Shown: positions 24,489 to 36,800, numbered from the stretch's first letter. The stretch is DNA of 64,000 bases from Clostridia bacterium (GCA_050952525.1 JBMNLC010000005.1:256959-320958); one strand, 5' to 3'. Made by a program: numbers and translations. Notes: a model not told the origin generated them from the letters alone.

Positions 24489-24526
24489 GACCGGCATGAA
24501 GAATCATCGCATGTGGAGGTGTGTAT

Positions 24527-25066
24527 ATGTCTAGAATCGGAAAGCTTCCGGTTGAGCTTCCCAGCGGGGTTTCCTGTGTCATCGACAACGACAATGTTGT
24601 GACCGTCAAGGGACCCAAAGGACAGCTCAGTCAGAAGATTCATAAGGATATCAAGGTTACCCAGGAAGATAATCAAATTGTTGTTACGAGGCCCAGTAAC
24701 AGCAAACCCCATAAATCCCTCCATGGCTTATCCAGATCCCTGATTGCAAACATGGTAGAGGGGGTAACAAAGGGATATGAGAAGAGTCTGGAACTGAACG
24801 GGGTAGGGTACAGAGCCCAGAAGCAGGGCAAAAAACTGGTTTTGACCGTTGGATACTCCCACCCTGTAGAGGTAGAGGAGCCTGAAGGGATTCAGATTGA
24901 AGTTCCTGCTCCCAATAAGATCGTCGTCAAGGGGATCGATAAGCAATTGGTCGGAGCTACTGCTGCAAATATTCGCAGTGTGCGAAAGCCTGAACCTTAT
25001 TTGGGTAAGGGGATTAAGTATGAGAATGAGACCATCCGCCGTAAGGTAGGAAAGGCCGGTAGCTAG
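24527..25066 (+). CDS. rplF: 50S ribosomal protein L6
   Basis: [21 protein letters not shown]. Confidence 0.99.
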   Translation: MSRIGKLPVELPSGVSCVIDNDNVVTVKGPKGQLSQKIHKDIKVTQEDNQIVVTRPSNSKPHKSLHGLSRSLIANMVEGVTKGYEKSLELNGVGYRAQKQGKKLVLTVGYSHPVEVEEPEGIQIEVPAPNKIVVKGIDKQLVGATAANIRSVRKPEPYLGKGIKYENETIRRKVGKAGS

Positions 25067-25085
25067 TAGGAAGGAGTGAAAAAGG

Positions 25086-25454
25086 GTGATTATTAAGCAG
25101 GATAGGAATGTGAAACGAAAAATTCGTCACGCTCGCGTCCGCAAAAAGATAAGTGGAACGGCTGAGAAACCGCGAATGAATGTATTTCGAAGCTTGAGTC
25201 ATATATATGTTCAGATCATCAATGATGAGGTTGGCCATACCCTTGCTTCCGCTTCTACTTTGGACCCTGAGATCAGAGATAAGGCAAAACAGGTAACTAA
25301 GAAGGAAGCAGCGAAAATGGTAGGCGGGCTGGTTGCCAAGAGGGCTTTGGAAAAGGGAATCGAAGAGGTTGTTTTCGATCGCGGCGGTTATATCTATACC
25401 GGTCGTGTAGCCGAAGTCACCGCAGGAGCCCGCGAAGCCGGCTTGAAATTCTAA
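25086..25454 (+). CDS. rplR: 50S ribosomal protein L18
   Basis: [15 protein letters not shown]. Confidence 0.98.
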   Translation: MIIKQDRNVKRKIRHARVRKKISGTAEKPRMNVFRSLSHIYVQIINDEVGHTLASASTLDPEIRDKAKQVTKKEAAKMVGGLVAKRALEKGIEEVVFDRGGYIYTGRVAEVTAGAREAGLKF

Positions 25455-25473
25455 AAGAGAAGGAGGGAAATTG

Positions 25474-25974
25474 ATGCAGCGAATCGACGCAAGCACACTG
25501 GACTTAAAGGAAAGACTTGTTTCTATAAATCGTGTTGCTAAGGTTGTTAAAGGTGGACGGAATTTTCGTTTTAGCGCTTTGGTGGTTGTAGGAGATGAAA
25601 ACGGTCATGTAGGCGTTGGATTGGGAAAGGCCACTGAAATACCGGAAGCGATCCGGAAGGCTGTGGAACGTGCCAAAAAGGCCTTGATCAAGGTACCCAT
25701 GGATGGAACCACCATTCCCCATGAAGTTGTGGGAACTTTTGGCAGGGGCAAAGTCCTCCTTTTACCGGCTTCAGAAGGTACCGGAGTTATTGCAGGCGGA
25801 CCGGTACGGGCGGTGCTGGAGTCGGCCGGAATAAAGGATATACTGACCAAGTCCCTTGGTTCCAATAATCCCATTAATGTGGTCAATGCTACGATGGAGG
25901 GATTACGCTCCTTAAAGACTGCCGAAGAGGTGGCCAGACTTCGTGGTAAATCTGTTGAGGATTTGCTAGGTTAG
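25474..25974 (+). CDS. rpsE: 30S ribosomal protein S5
   Basis: [18 protein letters not shown]. Confidence 0.99.
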   Translation: MQRIDASTLDLKERLVSINRVAKVVKGGRNFRFSALVVVGDENGHVGVGLGKATEIPEAIRKAVERAKKALIKVPMDGTTIPHEVVGTFGRGKVLLLPASEGTGVIAGGPVRAVLESAGIKDILTKSLGSNNPINVVNATMEGLRSLKTAEEVARLRGKSVEDLLG

Positions 25975-25986
25975 GAGGGGACAGGA

Positions 25987-26172
25987 TTGGCAAAGTTGAA
26001 GATTACTTTAGTAAGGAGCACAATCGGATGTTTGAAGAAACAGATCGACACGGTGAAGGCTCTGGGACTTCATAAGATCCGTAGTGAAGTGATTCATAGC
26101 GATACCCCTGAGATTCGGGGCATGATCAATAAAGTAAGCCATTTAGTAGAAGTTGAGCAGATAGATGACTGA
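25987..26172 (+). CDS. rpmD: 50S ribosomal protein L30
   Basis: [25 protein letters not shown]; TTG start. Confidence 0.96.
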   Translation: MAKLKITLVRSTIGCLKKQIDTVKALGLHKIRSEVIHSDTPEIRGMINKVSHLVEVEQIDD

Positions 26173-26185
26173 AGGAGGTGCAACA

Positions 26186-26626
26186 ATGAAACTCCATGAG
26201 TTGAAACCAGCAGAAGGTTCCCGAAAGGCACCCAAGAGGGTGGGAAGAGGCCCAGGTTCCGGTTTCGGAAAGACCTCCGGACGTGGTCAAAAGGGCCAGA
26301 AGGCAAGAAGCGGTGGCGGAGTCCGGCCCGGGTTCGAAGGCGGACAGATGCCTTTAACCAGACGTTTACCGAAACGGGGGTTTACAAACATCTTTTCGAA
26401 GGTTTATGCCGAGGTGAATGTGTCAAAGCTGGAGGCTTTTGACAACGATACGGTTGTTACCCCTGAACTCCTGCTGGAAAAGGGCGTTATTAGGAAAGTA
26501 CACGATGGCGTGAAGATATTGGGCAATGGTAACTTAACCAAAAAATTAACGGTTAAGGCCACAAAATTCAGCAAATCAGCCCAAGAGAAGATTGAGGCTG
26601 TCGGAGGAAAGATAGAGGTGATCTGA
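26186..26626 (+). CDS. rplO: 50S ribosomal protein L15
   Basis: [24 protein letters not shown]. Confidence 0.99.
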   Translation: MKLHELKPAEGSRKAPKRVGRGPGSGFGKTSGRGQKGQKARSGGGVRPGFEGGQMPLTRRLPKRGFTNIFSKVYAEVNVSKLEAFDNDTVVTPELLLEKGVIRKVHDGVKILGNGNLTKKLTVKATKFSKSAQEKIEAVGGKIEVI

Positions 26627-26627
26627 G

Positions 26628-27887
26628 ATGTTTGAAACCCTCAGGAATGCCTGGAAAATAGACGATCTGAGAAAAAAGATCATATATACCCTTTTGCTCC
26701 TGCTGGTCTACAGGATAGGTACTTTTGTACCGGTACCCGGTGTGGATAGGGCGTTTATTGCTGAGATGGTGAGCCGATTTGGTATTTTGGGCTTGCTGGA
26801 TATCATCAACGGAAGCTCTCTTTCCAACTTCACCATTTTTGCCATGGGTATCACCCCTTACATCAATGCATCCATCATCATGCAGCTTTTGACGGTGGCT
26901 ATCCCGAAGCTGGAAGCCCTGGCAAAAGAGGGGGAGGAAGGCCGCAAGAAAATTGCCCAGTACACAAGGTATTTTGCTGTAGTGCTGGCCTTTATACAAT
27001 CGATCGGAATCATCCTTGGTCTGGGAAGAGGAGCGGTTATCGAAGCAAGCTTTTGGAACTACCTGACCATCGGTTTGACTTTGACAGCCGGCACTGCCTT
27101 TATTATATGGTTGGGTGAGCGCATTACAGAGAATGGTATTGGGAACGGCATGTCCCTCATCATTTTTGTAGGGATTATTGCCCGCTTGCCCGTACTGGTG
27201 GTCCAAACCGTTCAGGGCCTTATTGCCCAAACCATTCAGTTCTGGATGATTCTCCTCATTATTTTGGGAACCTTGATCATGGTGGCCGGTGTCGTATTTG
27301 TCGACCTTGGCCAACGGAGGATCCCAATCCAGTATGCAAAGCGAATGGTAGGCAGGAAGATGTACGGGGGTCAAAGCACCCATATTCCTATGAAGGTGAA
27401 TTCCTCCGGTGTTCTGCCCCTGATTTTTGCCATTTCCTTTGTATCTTTTCCCGGGATGATCACCCAATTTTGGCCAAACAGCGCTTTCAGCCTGTGGTAT
27501 AATAAATACCTGGGAACGGGTACCGTTGCATATGGCATTATCTACGCTCTATTGATTATTGGATTTACGTTCTTCTATACGACCATCACTTTTAATCCGG
27601 TAGAAATTGCGAACAACTTGAAGCAGTACGGAGGTTTCATTCCGGGCATACGACCCGGTAAACCTACATCCGATTATTTATCACGGATTTCAAATCGTAT
27701 AACATTCTTCGGAGCCATATTCCTTGCATTGGTCGCTGTACTTCCCATGATATTCACTAACATTACCGGTATGCAATCTCCTTTTGGAGCAACAGGTATT
27801 CTGATTGTGGTAAGTGTGGCTTTGGAAACGACCAAGCAGATAGAGGCCCAGATGTTAATGCGTCATTATAGAGGATTCTTGAAATAA
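26628..27887 (+). CDS. secY: Preprotein translocase subunit SecY
   Basis: FAMGITPYINASIIMQLL, IPGIRPG; multiple TM segments. Confidence 0.99.
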   Translation: MFETLRNAWKIDDLRKKIIYTLLLLLVYRIGTFVPVPGVDRAFIAEMVSRFGILGLLDIINGSSLSNFTIFAMGITPYINASIIMQLLTVAIPKLEALAKEGEEGRKKIAQYTRYFAVVLAFIQSIGIILGLGRGAVIEASFWNYLTIGLTLTAGTAFIIWLGERITENGIGNGMSLIIFVGIIARLPVLVVQTVQGLIAQTIQFWMILLIILGTLIMVAGVVFVDLGQRRIPIQYAKRMVGRKMYGGQSTHIPMKVNSSGVLPLIFAISFVSFPGMITQFWPNSAFSLWYNKYLGTGTVAYGIIYALLIIGFTFFYTTITFNPVEIANNLKQYGGFIPGIRPGKPTSDYLSRISNRITFFGAIFLALVAVLPMIFTNITGMQSPFGATGILIVVSVALETTKQIEAQMLMRHYRGFLK

Positions 27888-27981
27888 ATCACGCTGGCTT
27901 CCAGGGCCGGTTACCGGAACAGATCCGTTCAACGCTTGGTAACTGGCTGCTGGGGACTGGCATAGTCAACAGGAGGGAATT

Positions 27982-28629
27982 ATGAAGATCGTTTTGCTGG
28001 GGCCTCCGGGTGCTGGGAAGGGAACCCAGGCCGTTCGTATCAGCGAAGAATACCATATTCCCCATATTTCTACGGGGGATATATTCCGAAAAGCCTTCAA
28101 AGACGGAAGTGAAATCGGGAAAAAAGCGAAGGCTTATGTGGAGAAGGGACTGTTGGTTCCTGATGAAATCGTAGTAGAAATTGTGGATGAACGGTTAAAG
28201 CAGGAAGATTGCAAAGAAGGATACCTGCTGGATGGATTTCCTCGGACCTTGGCACAGGCTGTCGCCTTGGATGAAAGGGAAAGCCTCGATGTGGTGTTCA
28301 ACATCGACGTGCCTACACAGCAATTGATAGAACGTATCACCGGACGGCGGGTATGTCGAAACTGTGGATCCACATACCATGTCATCAGCCTTCCCTCCAA
28401 GGAAGAAGGAAAGTGTGATGTCTGCTCAGGGGATTTGTATCAAAGGGACGATGATAAAATCGATACGGTGACAAATCGCCTGGATGTGTACAATAACCAG
28501 ACCAAGCCCCTTATCGACTATTATCAGGAGAAGGGAATTCTTGTTTCCATCGATGGGCAGCAGGATATCGAAAAGGTGTTTCTCGATATCAGAAATGTTT
28601 TAGGAGAGAGAATGAATGATCATTCTTAA
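27982..28629 (+). CDS. adk: Adenylate kinase
   Basis: [15 protein letters not shown], Zn-lid CRNC...CDVC. Confidence 0.99.
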   Translation: MKIVLLGPPGAGKGTQAVRISEEYHIPHISTGDIFRKAFKDGSEIGKKAKAYVEKGLLVPDEIVVEIVDERLKQEDCKEGYLLDGFPRTLAQAVALDERESLDVVFNIDVPTQQLIERITGRRVCRNCGSTYHVISLPSKEEGKCDVCSGDLYQRDDDKIDTVTNRLDVYNNQTKPLIDYYQEKGILVSIDGQQDIEKVFLDIRNVLGERMNDHS

Positions 28630-29362
28630 ATCGGATCATGAGATTCAACTGATGAGAAAGGCGGGCAAGATCGTTGCAGGCGCCCATGAATCCGTAAAAA
28701 AAGCCATCCGTCCCGGTGTCACGACGAAGGAGCTTGATGCCATTGCGGAAGATTATATCCGGGGTCGTGGCGCGATCCCTGCCTTCAAGGGCTATAACGG
28801 CTATCCTCGTAACATTTGTACTTCTATAAATGAAGAGGTCGTCCATGGCATACCCAGCGATCGAATGTTGAAAGACGGCGATATCATCAGTATCGATATC
28901 GGAGCCGTTGTTGACGGATATTACGGAGATTCCGCCAAGACTCATCCGGTAGGGAATGTTTCCGAAGAAGCGTTAAGGTTGATTCAGGTCACAAGACAAT
29001 CCTTTTATGAGGGTTTGAAGTTTGCTCGCTTTGGCCAGCGGTTGTATGATATTTCTCATGCAGTACAGAGCTATGTAGAAGCAAACGGCTATTCGGTTGT
29101 ACGCTCCTATGTGGGCCATGGGATTGGCCAGCAGATGCATGAGGATCCTCAAGTACCTAACTTTGGGAGGCCGAGCAGAGGACCTCGCCTGCGTTCCGGT
29201 ATGACCTTAGCCATTGAGCCCATGGTGAATATGGGCAGCTATGAGGTGGAAACCCTGTCCAATGGCTGGACAGTGGTCACGACAGATGGCATGCTTTCAG
29301 CCCATTATGAGCATACCATTGCCATAACCGAAGGTGATCCCATTATACTGACGCTTCCATAA
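28616..29362 (+). CDS. map: Methionine aminopeptidase type I
   Basis: [29 protein letters not shown]. Confidence 0.98.
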   Translation: MIILKSDHEIQLMRKAGKIVAGAHESVKKAIRPGVTTKELDAIAEDYIRGRGAIPAFKGYNGYPRNICTSINEEVVHGIPSDRMLKDGDIISIDIGAVVDGYYGDSAKTHPVGNVSEEALRLIQVTRQSFYEGLKFARFGQRLYDISHAVQSYVEANGYSVVRSYVGHGIGQQMHEDPQVPNFGRPSRGPRLRSGMTLAIEPMVNMGSYEVETLSNGWTVVTTDGMLSAHYEHTIAITEGDPIILTLP

Positions 29363-29374
29363 GGAGGGTGTATC

Positions 29375-29674
29375 ATGGAGAATAGCTTGGAAATTGGCAG
29401 AGTCGTCATGTCAAAGGCGGGTCGGGATCGCGGCAGATACTTTGTTGTGGTTGAAAAGTTGGATGAGAATTATGTCATGATCGCAGATGGCGATTTGCGA
29501 AAAATTGATAAAGCGAAGAAAAAGAAATACAAGCACCTGAAGGCGAAAAAGGAATTAATTTCTAGTATACAGGCAAAAATACTAAGTGGCGAACCTGTTT
29601 TAGATTCAGAAATCAGACGCAGCCTTGAGGCTTTGGGTTATAATAAGAGAATTCCTGAAGGTAAGGAGGAGTGA
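29375..29674 (+). CDS. KOW-domain RNA-binding protein (L14e-like)
   Basis: [16 protein letters not shown] motif; conserved map-infA position in Firmicutes. Confidence 0.85.
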   Translation: MENSLEIGRVVMSKAGRDRGRYFVVVEKLDENYVMIADGDLRKIDKAKKKKYKHLKAKKELISSIQAKILSGEPVLDSEIRRSLEALGYNKRIPEGKEE

Positions 29675-29678
29675 TATC

Positions 29679-29903
29679 TTGTCCAAAGAGGATGTAGTTG
29701 AGGTAGAAGGTACTGTCATTGAGGCGCTGCCGAATGCTATGTTTAGAGTAGAACTGCCCAACGGTCATGTTGTATTGGCTCATATATCCGGCAAATTGCG
29801 AATGAATTTTATACGGATTATTGAAGGAGATAAAGTAACGGTTGAGCTTTCCCCTTATGATCTGAATCGTGGAAGAATCGTTTGGCGTGGAAAGGCAAGA
29901 TAA
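29679..29903 (+). CDS. infA: Translation initiation factor IF-1
   Basis: [21 protein letters not shown]; TTG start after GGAGGAG RBS. Confidence 0.98.
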   Translation: MSKEDVVEVEGTVIEALPNAMFRVELPNGHVVLAHISGKLRMNFIRIIEGDKVTVELSPYDLNRGRIVWRGKAR

Positions 29904-29948
29904 AGCATGTTATGATAGAAGGCAAGTCAAATTAAGGAGGGTAAGAAG

Positions 29949-30062
29949 ATGAAAGTCAGACCATCCGTAAAACCGATATGCGAGAAATGTAAGATCATCA
30001 AGCGCAAAGGACGCGTTATGGTAATTTGTGAGAATCCCAGGCATAAACAAAGACAGGGCTGA
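29949..30062 (+). CDS. rpmJ: 50S ribosomal protein L36 (not in ORF track)
   Basis: Hand translation [37 protein letters not shown]. Confidence 0.99.
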   Translation: MKVRPSVKPICEKCKIIKRKGRVMVICENPRHKQRQG

Positions 30063-30182
30063 TGGGAGATGCTTTTGAAACTGTATTTCCTAGGGCGCGG
30101 CTGCATAGTTTGATTCTATGACCTATGGAGATATAATCTATACAATCATCCTACATGATAAAAACTGGAGGTGTAACAAGGC

Positions 30183-30548
30183 ATGGCAAGAATTTCAGGA
30201 GTGGATTTGCCCAGAGAGAAAAGGGTTGAGGTTGGCTTAACCTATATCTATGGGATTGGCCGTAAGAAGGCCAGTGAAATTTTGGCTGCAACAGGCGTAA
30301 ATCCTGATACCAGAGTACGGGATTTAACTGAATCTGAAGTCACAAAATTAAGGGAATATATCGATAGGAATCTAAAGGTTGAAGGTGATCTTCGAAGAGA
30401 GGTTTCCCTCAGCATCAAGCGTCTTATGGAGATAGGTTCCTACAGAGGTATTCGTCATCGTAGGGGGCTTCCTGTCCGCGGTCAGAGCACGAAGCAGAAT
30501 GCACGAACCCGTAAGGGGCCCAAGAGGGCTATCGGAAGGAAAAAATAG
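30183..30548 (+). CDS. rpsM: 30S ribosomal protein S13
   Basis: [16 protein letters not shown]. Confidence 0.99.
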   Translation: MARISGVDLPREKRVEVGLTYIYGIGRKKASEILAATGVNPDTRVRDLTESEVTKLREYIDRNLKVEGDLRREVSLSIKRLMEIGSYRGIRHRRGLPVRGQSTKQNARTRKGPKRAIGRKK

Positions 30549-30566
30549 AGGATAGGAGGATCATGA

Positions 30567-30959
30567 ATGGCTAAGGTAAGAAGAGGTGCAAGAAGACGCC
30601 GTGAGCGTAAGAATATAGAGCGGGGGGCTGCTCACATCCGTTCATCGTTCAATAATACCATCGTGACCATTACCGACACGGCAGGAAACGCCATTTCGTG
30701 GGCAAGTGCCGGTGGTTTAGGCTTCAGAGGCTCCAGAAAAAGCACTCCTTTTGCTGCCCAGATGGCGGCTGAGACGGCTGCGAAAGCTGCTATGGAGCAT
30801 GGTCTGAGAACGGTAGAAGTATATGTAAAGGGGCCGGGATCCGGTCGTGAAGCTGCAATACGTTCTTTGCAGGCTGCCGGATTGGAAGTAAGTCTTATCA
30901 AGGACGTTACGCCCATTCCCCATAATGGTTGTCGTCCCCCGAAACGCAGAAGAGTCTAA
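30567..30959 (+). CDS. rpsK: 30S ribosomal protein S11
   Basis: [26 protein letters not shown]. Confidence 0.99.
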   Translation: MAKVRRGARRRRERKNIERGAAHIRSSFNNTIVTITDTAGNAISWASAGGLGFRGSRKSTPFAAQMAAETAAKAAMEHGLRTVEVYVKGPGSGREAAIRSLQAAGLEVSLIKDVTPIPHNGCRPPKRRRV

Positions 30960-30976
30960 GATAGGGAGGTAATAGA

Positions 30977-31600
30977 ATGGCAAGATATACAGGTGCTGTA
31001 TGCCGACTGTGCCGAAGGGAAGGGATGAAACTCTACCTCAAAGGGGAACGTTGCTACACTGAAAAATGCAGCATTACCCGTCGCCCCACACCTCCGGGAC
31101 AGCACGGACAAAGCAGAAGAAAAGTTTCCGAATATGGTCTTCAGCTTCGTGAAAAGCAAAAGGCAAGACGTATATACGGCGTTTTAGAAAACCAGTTTGA
31201 GAAATATTTCGAAATGGCAGAACGTATGAAGGGAATCACCGGTGAAAATCTGCTGCAGCTGCTGGAAAGAAGACTGGACAACGTGGTCTATCGTCTTGGA
31301 TTTGCTTCTTCCAGGGCCCAGGCCAGGCAATTCGTCCGTCATGGACACATCCGGGTCAACGGTAAAAAGGTGAATATTCCTTCTTATCTGGTCAATGTCG
31401 GTGAGACGATCAGTGTGAAAGAAAACAGCAGGGATATTGACCGCTTTAAGGAAGCCCGTGAAGGTACAAGCAGGATTGTTCCGAAATGGCTTGAAGTGGA
31501 CAGCGGGAATTTGGAAGGGAAAGTTGTTGCGCTTCCGGTTCGCGAAGATATTGATATGGAACTGCAAGAACATCTTATCGTCGAGTTGTACTCCAGATAA
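30977..31600 (+). CDS. rpsD: 30S ribosomal protein S4
   Basis: [32 protein letters not shown]. Confidence 0.99.
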   Translation: MARYTGAVCRLCRREGMKLYLKGERCYTEKCSITRRPTPPGQHGQSRRKVSEYGLQLREKQKARRIYGVLENQFEKYFEMAERMKGITGENLLQLLERRLDNVVYRLGFASSRAQARQFVRHGHIRVNGKKVNIPSYLVNVGETISVKENSRDIDRFKEAREGTSRIVPKWLEVDSGNLEGKVVALPVREDIDMELQEHLIVELYSR

Positions 31601-31734
31601 TTTGTATGGGGTCAGTTTCTGCTATTTCATCATGACGGGATGAAATAAACAAATGTGAAATGTGCTTAGATATGTAGAATCAGTTGCCCTCGTAATAAAT
31701 GTCATCCAAATAGGTTATGAGGAGGGTTTGTTTA

Positions 31735-32682
31735 ATGATTGAAATCGAGAAGCCGAGGATTGAGTGTGTCGAACAAAGTGAAGATAACCGCTATGGTAAG
31801 TTTGTCGTAGAACCCCTTGAAAGGGGGTATGGCATCACCCTGGGGAATTCCCTTCGCAGGATCCTCTTATCGTCCCTTCCCGGCGTCGCCGTTACTTCCG
31901 TGAGAATAGACGGTGTGCTTCATGAGTTCTCTACCATCCCTGGAGTAACAGAGGACGTGACGGAAATCATCCTGAATTTGAAGGATCTGTCCGCCAAGCT
32001 GTATACGGATGAACCGAAAACGATCACCATCAATGCCCAGAGAGAAGGGGAAATCAAAGCAGGGGATATCATTGCAGATGCGGATGTGGAGATTCTGAAT
32101 CCTGACCTCCATATCGCCAGCTTGAATGAGGACGGCAAGCTCTTCATGGAAATTACCCTGGAGAAAGGAAGGGGCTATGTTTCAGCGGAGAGGAATAAAA
32201 AGCCCGGTCAGCCCATTGGCTTGATTCCTGTGGATTCCATCTTTACCCCCGTCAGGAGGGTGAACTACACGGTTGAAGATACCCGTGTAGGCCAGGCAAC
32301 AGACTTTGACAAGCTGACTCTGGAAGTGTGGACAAACGGAAGCATTCGGCCAAACGAAGCCACCAGCCTTGGCGCCAAGATTTTAAGCGAGCATTTGATG
32401 CTGTTTATCAACCTGACCGAGCATGTCAATGATGTGGAGATCATGGTTGAGAAGGAAGAAGACAAGAAAGAGAAGGTTCTTGAGATGACTGTCGAAGAAC
32501 TGGATCTTTCCGTACGTTCATATAACTGCCTGAAGCGGGCAGGAATTAACACTGTAGAAGAGCTGACACAGCGAACTGAAGAAGATATGATGAAGGTTCG
32601 TAACCTTGGGAAAAAATCCCTTGAGGAAGTACAGTCAAAGCTGGCTGCCCTTGGATTAAGTTTAAAGAAAAGTGACGAATGA
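31735..32682 (+). CDS. rpoA: DNA-directed RNA polymerase subunit alpha
   Basis: [36 protein letters not shown]. Confidence 0.99.
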   Translation: MIEIEKPRIECVEQSEDNRYGKFVVEPLERGYGITLGNSLRRILLSSLPGVAVTSVRIDGVLHEFSTIPGVTEDVTEIILNLKDLSAKLYTDEPKTITINAQREGEIKAGDIIADADVEILNPDLHIASLNEDGKLFMEITLEKGRGYVSAERNKKPGQPIGLIPVDSIFTPVRRVNYTVEDTRVGQATDFDKLTLEVWTNGSIRPNEATSLGAKILSEHLMLFINLTEHVNDVEIMVEKEEDKKEKVLEMTVEELDLSVRSYNCLKRAGINTVEELTQRTEEDMMKVRNLGKKSLEEVQSKLAALGLSLKKSDE

Positions 32683-32703
32683 CCTTAGAAAGGGAGGGAT
32701 ACC

Positions 32704-33219
32704 ATGGCTTCTAATCGTAAATTAGGTAGACCGAGCGATCAAAGAAAAGCTATGCTGCGTTCCTTGGTAACCTCTTTGATCTGGAACGGGAAGATAAAGA
32801 CTACCGAGACCAGAGCAAAGGAAGTTCGCAGCATTGCTGAAAAGCTCATTACCCTAGCCGTGAAAGAATATGACAATACCGTGACAGTAACCAAGGAATA
32901 CAACAATGAAAAGGGACAAACGGTATCAATAGACGTAACAAACGACAGTCCTTCCAAGCTTCATGCACGAAGGCAGATCATGGCTTATCTCTATGATTTG
33001 CCGGAACCGAAGCGGAAGGATGAGAGCAAGAGGGAGTATTACGAGAGAACGAAGGATATCAAGCATCCTGTTGTTGAAAAACTGTTCAATGAGATTGCTC
33101 CCAAGTACCGCGAGAGAATGGAGGAAAAGAATGGCCAGGGCGGCGGATACACTCGCATCCTGAAGCTGGGACCCAGACGGGGCGATGCTGCTGAAATGGT
33201 TATTCTGGAGCTTATATAG
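32704..33219 (+). CDS. rplQ: 50S ribosomal protein L17 (long form with insertions)
   Basis: [32 protein letters not shown]. Confidence 0.96.
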   Translation: MASNRKLGRPSDQRKAMLRSLVTSLIWNGKIKTTETRAKEVRSIAEKLITLAVKEYDNTVTVTKEYNNEKGQTVSIDVTNDSPSKLHARRQIMAYLYDLPEPKRKDESKREYYERTKDIKHPVVEKLFNEIAPKYRERMEEKNGQGGGYTRILKLGPRRGDAAEMVILELI

Positions 33220-33399
33220 AAAAATAAACGATAAATTGGAAACTAGATAGATGATAGCCCTTTACAGGTCTGTCACTGATTCTAGTTTCTTTTATTCTGG
33301 TTGATTTTTCATTTTGTCATTCCCCTTTCTCCGAGTTGTGATATAATAATTGGATAAGAAAAACCGACGACAAAAAGGTAGCAGGGAAAGGAGATACTC

Positions 33400-34239
33400 G
33401 TGAATGCGATAATCAAAACCGATCAGCTGGTATACGAATACACTCAACAGGACGAAAGAGAAATCGCCGCCCTGAAATCTGTTTCATTAGAAATAAAAAA
33501 GGGAGAATTTGTGGTCATCATCGGCCACAACGGCTCCGGCAAATCGACCCTGGCCAAGCATTTTAATGCCCTTTTCAAGCCCACTAAAGGAACGGTATGG
33601 GTCAAAGGAATGGATACCTCCGATGAAGAGAATGTCTGGAAAATTCGTCAGGAGGCTGGAATGGTGTTTCAGAATCCCGATAATCAGATTGTAGCAACGG
33701 TGGTGGAAGAAGATGTGGCCTTTGGTCCCGAGAATCTTGGGATTCCTCCGAAGGATATCAGGGAGCGGGTGGACCGGGCCCTTGCTACGGTAAGCATGTC
33801 TTCTTACGCCAATGCCGCACCCCACATGCTCTCCGGCGGACAGAAGCAGCGGATTGCTATTGCTGGGATTATTGCCATGAAACCGGAGATCATTATCCTG
33901 GACGAACCAACAGCCATGCTGGATCCTTCGGGTCGGAGGGAGGTCATGGAGACCATCCACCGCCTGAATAAGGAAGAAAACATCACCATTGTGCATATTA
34001 CCCACTTCATGGAGGAAGCCATTGATGCCGACAGGGTCATTGTGATGGAAGAGGGAAAGGTGGTTATGGACGGAACGCCCAGGGAGGTGTTCGCCCGGGT
34101 GGAGGAATTGAAACAGATCGGCCTGGATGTGCCGGAAATGACGGAGCTGGCATACCTGCTTCGCAAGGAAGGCTTGCCTATTCCTCAGGATACGATACGA
34201 GTGGAAGAGATGGTGGAGTTATTATGTCAATACTTATAG
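33400..34239 (+). CDS. ecfA1: ECF transporter ATPase
   Basis: [24 protein letters not shown]. Confidence 0.95.
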   Translation: MNAIIKTDQLVYEYTQQDEREIAALKSVSLEIKKGEFVVIIGHNGSGKSTLAKHFNALFKPTKGTVWVKGMDTSDEENVWKIRQEAGMVFQNPDNQIVATVVEEDVAFGPENLGIPPKDIRERVDRALATVSMSSYANAAPHMLSGGQKQRIAIAGIIAMKPEIIILDEPTAMLDPSGRREVMETIHRLNKEENITIVHITHFMEEAIDADRVIVMEEGKVVMDGTPREVFARVEELKQIGLDVPEMTELAYLLRKEGLPIPQDTIRVEEMVELLCQYL

Positions 34240-35087
34240 AAGGCTTGACCCATATATATATGCAGGACAGCCCCTTTGAATCAACTGCAATTGAAGATAT
34301 TAACCTGACAATCGAAGATGGAGAATTCATTGGCTTGATTGGGCATACCGGGTCGGGGAAATCAACACTGATACAGCATTTGAACGGTCTGCTAAAGCCT
34401 ACCCGGGGCAAGATCGTTGTACAGGGGATCAATCTAAGAGACAAAGGGGTCTCCATGAAGAAGATTCGCCAACAGGTCGGTTTGGTCTTTCAATATCCGG
34501 AGCACCAGCTCTTTGAAGAAACCGTCTATAAGGATGTGGCCTTTGGACCGACCAATCTGGGCCTATCTCCCCAGGAGGTAGAGGAACGGGTAAGGGAGTC
34601 CATCCAAATGGTAGGCCTGGACTATGAGAGCATTAAGGACAGGTCCCCCTTCGAGATCAGCGGGGGACAGCGGCGCCGGGTAGCCATTGCCGGTGTGCTG
34701 GCCATGCAGCCCTCCATCCTCATTCTCGATGAACCGACTGCAGGCCTGGATCCCAGGGGACGGGATGAGATCCTCTCCCTGATTAAGGATTTGCATCGCA
34801 AGAAAGGGAATGCCATCATCCTGGTGTCCCACAGTATGGAGGACATCTCCAGAATGGTAGACCGCATCATTGTGATGAATAAGGGCAGGATAGCCTTGAT
34901 TGGAAAACCGGCCGAAATCTTTGCCCAGGCAGAGCTGCTGGAAGAAATCGGCCTGGGAGTGCCCCAAACCACCAAACTGGTTCGTGCCTTGAACAAGGCG
35001 GGCAAAAATCTCCCTACCGATGTGTTCAGGTTAGAGGATATCAGTAAGCTGATTATGGAAAGAATAAGGAGCAAAGAAAATGCTTAA
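34224..35087 (+). CDS. ecfA2: ECF transporter ATPase
   Basis: [27 protein letters not shown]. Confidence 0.95.
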   Translation: MSILIEGLTHIYMQDSPFESTAIEDINLTIEDGEFIGLIGHTGSGKSTLIQHLNGLLKPTRGKIVVQGINLRDKGVSMKKIRQQVGLVFQYPEHQLFEETVYKDVAFGPTNLGLSPQEVEERVRESIQMVGLDYESIKDRSPFEISGGQRRRVAIAGVLAMQPSILILDEPTAGLDPRGRDEILSLIKDLHRKKGNAIILVSHSMEDISRMVDRIIVMNKGRIALIGKPAEIFAQAELLEEIGLGVPQTTKLVRALNKAGKNLPTDVFRLEDISKLIMERIRSKENA

Positions 35088-35883
35088 GGATATAACCATA
35101 GGACAATATTTCCCAGGAGAGTCTACCATTCATAAGCTGGATCCCAGGGTCAAGATCGTTTTGACCTTTGCATTCATTATTCTGATTTTTTTCGTTCAAA
35201 GCTACTGGGCTTATTTGGGCATCCTGGTCTATATCGGCGCAGTCACATTGCTTTCCCGGATTCCCGTCCGATATCTGCTGAGAGGGTTAAAGCCCCTTCT
35301 CTTCATCATCGTCCTGACCTTTGTGATTAACGTCTTCTTTACCAGCGGTGAACGGCTGATTTTCAAATGGTGGTTCATCGCCCTGACCTGGGAGGGAATC
35401 CATCAAGCCCTTTTTATGGCCTTGCGTCTCATTTTTCTGGTGGTGGGGACCTCGTTGCTGACCCTTACGACCTCGCCCATTGCCTTGACGGATGGAATCG
35501 AACAGCTGTTGAATCCTTTGAAAGCCATCAAGTTCCCGGCCCATGAACTGGCTATGATGATGACCATTGCCCTGCGCTTTATACCCACCCTGCTGGAGGA
35601 GACGGATAAGATCATGAAGGCTCAAATGGCCAGGGGAGCAGATTTCGAAAGCGGGAACATTTTGCAGAGGGCGCAGAGTCTTGTACCCCTGCTGGTGCCC
35701 TTGTTCATCAGTGCTTTCCGGCGGGCGGATGAGCTGGCCATGGCCATGGAATCCCGTTGTTATCGGGGAGGGGGAAACCGGACCCGGATGAAAACCCTTC
35801 GGATCCATGTCCGGGACTACTATGCAGGACTGTTCACCCTATTGCTGATCCTCTTCGTCCTGTGGGATGGATATATCCGCTAA
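35080..35883 (+). CDS. ecfT: ECF transporter transmembrane component T
   Basis: LDPRVK, IALRFIP, AQMARG, AMESRCY. Confidence 0.95.
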   Translation: MLKDITIGQYFPGESTIHKLDPRVKIVLTFAFIILIFFVQSYWAYLGILVYIGAVTLLSRIPVRYLLRGLKPLLFIIVLTFVINVFFTSGERLIFKWWFIALTWEGIHQALFMALRLIFLVVGTSLLTLTTSPIALTDGIEQLLNPLKAIKFPAHELAMMMTIALRFIPTLLEETDKIMKAQMARGADFESGNILQRAQSLVPLLVPLFISAFRRADELAMAMESRCYRGGGNRTRMKTLRIHVRDYYAGLFTLLLILFVLWDGYIR

Positions 35884-35922
35884 AGGATAAATCCGCTTAT
35901 GGATGGCTGGGAGGAGGTATAT

Positions 35923-36666
35923 ATGCCCAATATTAAGCTGGTCATCGAATATGACGGCACCGGATATGGGGGCTGGCAAAAACAAAAGAACGCTGTGACC
36001 GTTCAGGAAACCCTGGAGGATGCCCTGCAGCGGATAACGGGTGAAAAAAATACTGTGATCGGTGCCGGAAGGACCGACAGCGGGGTGCATGCCCTGGGTC
36101 AGGTGGCGAATTTTCATACCCAATCGTCCATACCGCCCGAACGTTTTGCTTATGCCCTTAACGCCGTTCTGCCTCCGGATATCCGAATCAAAGCCTCCGA
36201 GCAGGTGCCGGAAGACTTCCATGCCCGGTATTCCGCAACAGGTAAGAAGTACAGGTACTCTATCCATAACCATGTTCACGGCACGGCCATTGACAGGAAT
36301 ACAAGCTACCATGTAAGGGAAAAATTATCTGTAAAGGAAATGGAAGAGGCTGCAAGTTTTCTGATCGGCACCCATGACTTCAAGTCCTTCTGTGCGGCGG
36401 GCAGCTCTGTCAAAACCACCGTCCGCACCGTTCAACAGGCTTTTTTTCAACAGGAAGGCAGTCGGATTGATTTCTACATCGAAGGAAACGGCTTCTTATA
36501 TAATATGGTGCGTATCATTGCAGGCACACTGATTGAGGTGGGAAAAGGAAAGCGGAAGCCGGGTGAAATGAGCGGGATTATTGAGGCCAGGGACCGGAGA
36601 ATGGCGGGACCTACCGCACCGGCAAAAGCCCTGTGTCTGTTGGAAGTCATGTATGAAAATTCTTGA
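35923..36666 (+). CDS. truA: tRNA pseudouridine(38-40) synthase
   Basis: YDGTGYGGWQ, AGRTDSGVHA, FLYNMVR. Confidence 0.98.
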   Translation: MPNIKLVIEYDGTGYGGWQKQKNAVTVQETLEDALQRITGEKNTVIGAGRTDSGVHALGQVANFHTQSSIPPERFAYALNAVLPPDIRIKASEQVPEDFHARYSATGKKYRYSIHNHVHGTAIDRNTSYHVREKLSVKEMEEAASFLIGTHDFKSFCAAGSSVKTTVRTVQQAFFQQEGSRIDFYIEGNGFLYNMVRIIAGTLIEVGKGKRKPGEMSGIIEARDRRMAGPTAPAKALCLLEVMYENS

Positions 36667-36687
36667 AAAAATTTGAAAAAATTCAGC

Positions 36688-36716
36688 TTGACACGTACAG
36701 TACCATGTATTAGAAT
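36688..36716 (+). promoter_or_regulatory. SigA promoter of rplM-rpsI
   Basis: TTGACA-17 bp-TAGAAT. Confidence 0.8.
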
Positions 36717-36724
36717 GTTATTAT

Positions 36725-36795
36725 GTGCAAATTAGGTCCACTAGCCCCGGATCTTAAGATATACGGTATCTATTCACTATCGGAAAGAGGAGGTT
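36725..36795 (+). ncRNA. L13 ribosomal leader
   Basis: CCACTAGCCCCGG motif between the promoter and the rplM RBS. Confidence 0.65.
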
Positions 36796-36800
36796 ACCTG

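Noticed and set aside
30063-30182. S4-type leader upstream of rpsM
   Set aside because: Position fits, but I could not identify the consensus or a convincing fold by eye
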